A stretch of DNA of 64,000 nucleotides from Spizellomyces punctatus DAOM BR117 (Eukaryota): assembly GCA_000182565.2 (NCBI GenBank), contig KQ257460.1; one strand, 5' to 3'. This document shows positions 62,101 to 64,000 of the stretch, piece after piece; the stretch's first letter is position 1, and each line of letters begins with the position of its first letter. The notes beneath the pieces were generated by a model, which saw only the letters and a list, made by a program, of their open reading frames with translations, was not told where the DNA came from and did no database searches. The position numbers were made by a program, and so were the translations under genes.

Positions 62101-62373
62101 GGTTTGGCTGCTTGGCGCCTGCGATCTTCTTCGTCGTCAGCTCTCGGGATCAAGGCCTGGGAAGTGGCAGGCTGAGAAGGAGTCCGAGTCGCATTACTGG
62201 CAAGGGGATGGCGGAGGGAAGGCCCGCGCGAGGTGCCGATGGTGGGCGACGGCTTCTTGAATGGGCGCTGTTGTACGCAGGAAATTAGAATATCCAAATC
62301 GGCGATGGTGGGATTAAAGAGCCTCAATACAGCAACCTACCGCGGCCCAGTCGTAATCGACTTCAGTAGGCAT
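59168..62373 (-). CDS. DUF4449/DUF5923-type (HAM1-like) fungal protein, multi-exon, spanning an assembly gap
   Basis: LREGKLPTNEQL..IDTKNRDEVIQRFVWH, LIITDNEFRKLL, YIPIPRIEHED, FYYRKKSGFPKIKDAGVADV, LYTALSPLLNTLIRNRVIETLETQIR. Confidence 0.75.
60360..60459. other. Assembly gap (100 N)
   Basis: Run of exactly 100 N. Confidence 0.99.
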
Positions 62374-64000
62374 AGTCACAAAGAACTAGATGGCCGTGAA
62401 GAGACGGATGCCAATCAAAAAGAGATGTGGGATGCGAATGGAATGGAAGTAGCTTCAAAGCTTGTTACAATAAAAGCAAGAAAGGACAATAAAGGCTCCA
62501 AAAACCTGACGAGAGAAAAGAAAAGTGACCTGACTAAATACTCTCGACAGAACGAGACCCGCATGAGCGTAAGATCACCACATAACGCATGAGTCAACTG
62601 AACACATGTGTATTAAAGCAAACGAAGGGGGTTGAAGGTCAAGCACAAGTTCGGGACCGCATGATTGACTGTCAACGAAGGGGTTCAACGAAAGCCTCCC
62701 AAGACGAGGCCCCCATAACCCAACCAGGAATCGCAACCCCCATTTATACCAACGTCTATAAGAATACTTACTACCCTAGCCATCGCAATACAGTACTGAA
62801 TTCGATGGATTAACGGATTCCATGGATCCACGCAAGGATCTTTTGCTTGATATCTCTATTGATGTCCCTCCAACATTGTCGTGACCGTGTGCCTGCAACA
62901 ACACGGGAGTCGATGGGAGAGAAGGGAACACCAATAGGAAATCAAGTAAATTCAGATTCCGACTGCAGATGGACAAACAAAATTAGAGAAACAGATCTCC
63001 GTTCACGCTAAATCCCAGAAACGAGTAGGTATCACTAGGTACTTTGGGGGCCAGGAAATACATATTCTTCTTGTGCGTGTGTCCTGTGAATTTCGAGCTC
63101 GGAAAAGCAGGCCGGCAAAAATCGGCAAGCGGGAGGTAGAGCCCCAAACAAAAGGTCCGCACACAATCAGTAGCGATGAGAGAACTCCGTGAGTTAGAAC
63201 CTCAGACAAACCCGACCAACGAGCGATCTCCTGGCAGGCCGTAAGATCGATTGCCAACATTGACCGTCCAAAGAACCTACAACGAACAAGCGTTCTAGTG
63301 GAACTCTTTTGGTTCCCACTTACCTCGAATTGGTATCTCATTCGGCCGAGACATCTCATCCACTGTAGAAATGAGGGCTGCGATCCATTACGCAATGCTT
63401 TGCTAATCTTCCACTAGACTTCCGCTGTCGACGATGCTTGCGGTCCCGCGCTTTCAATTCCGAGGTGGATTACCGTCTTACCCAACATTTCCAAAGATTA
63501 ACATTGGGCATCCATTTGTTGTCTAAAGGGAGGATTTCAATGAAATCCCAGATATCATGTTGAACCTTCCCATAGTTGTCCTGAGCTTTAATACGGCGCT
63601 TAGCGGTGATGAATACCAAAACGCCATATGCTAATGCTGAATGCGCTGCATACCAAATGTACGGGCTTTTAACACCTACATCAACACACCTGTGGACGGC
63701 AGCAGCATCCTAGTTGTTCGTCTTTTAGTCCTGGGCGTGTAAGTGGGAAATCAGCTAGAAATCTATCCGATGCCAAACATTTCTCCAGCACCACCACTCC
63801 AAGCAATTAAAAAATGATCTTTTATGCATATGCATCCAAGGAATCTCTACTGACCAAGTTCACAGGCGTCTTTTGGAAGTTATATTTGGTATTTGGGCGG
63901 ATGCCCGCTTTCAACGTCAAACTCTTGTGTTTCCCGTCCCAAGTAAACAAGCCCCGCCAACGCCGATCCATGGGTCCCGCGAACATTCCGGGACAGGATC

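Noticed and set aside
62400-64000. Short ORFs at the window end, including 63003-63395
   Set aside because: No recognisable protein, RNA gene or transposon features; probably intergenic or promoter sequence.

Overview
Gene-dense, intron-rich eukaryotic (fungal) genomic DNA with short GT-AG introns and CTRAC/CTRAT-like branch sites, so the bacterial-style ORF track fragments most genes. Gene content (velvet, fungal-type GPAT, ERG25 and DUF4449, together with RNF32, CCDC43, a three-domain gelsolin and a dynein with a full animal-type C-terminal cap) suggests an early-diverging, probably flagellated chytrid-like fungus; this taxonomic call is inference. About 21 protein-coding genes were reconstructed by hand: SSL1 (partial), a CAMKK/Sak1-like kinase, RPL23, cytoplasmic dynein heavy chain, RNF32-like, a 7x Myb-repeat protein, TAF12, RPL21, GPAT, a giant tandem-repeat coiled-coil protein, CCDC43, a PsuG-PsuK fusion, Ras, F-box/LRR, gelsolin/severin, velvet, ERG25, DUF4449-like and three hypotheticals. 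No tRNA, rRNA, CRISPR array or mobile element was recognised. There are two 100-N assembly gaps. The most notable observations are: (1) the repetitive coiled-coil ORF splices to small exons missed by the ORF track that encode a degenerate CM1 (gamma-tubulin-binding) motif, and ends in a MASC-like helix, suggesting an Mto1/ApsB-like MTOC organiser whose spacer grew by tandem duplication; (2) a seven-Myb-repeat protein whose reconstructed first exon looks like a mitochondrial presequence; (3) an obligatory 5-nt microexon in Ras switch II. All gene models and family calls are manual and were not checked by database search.
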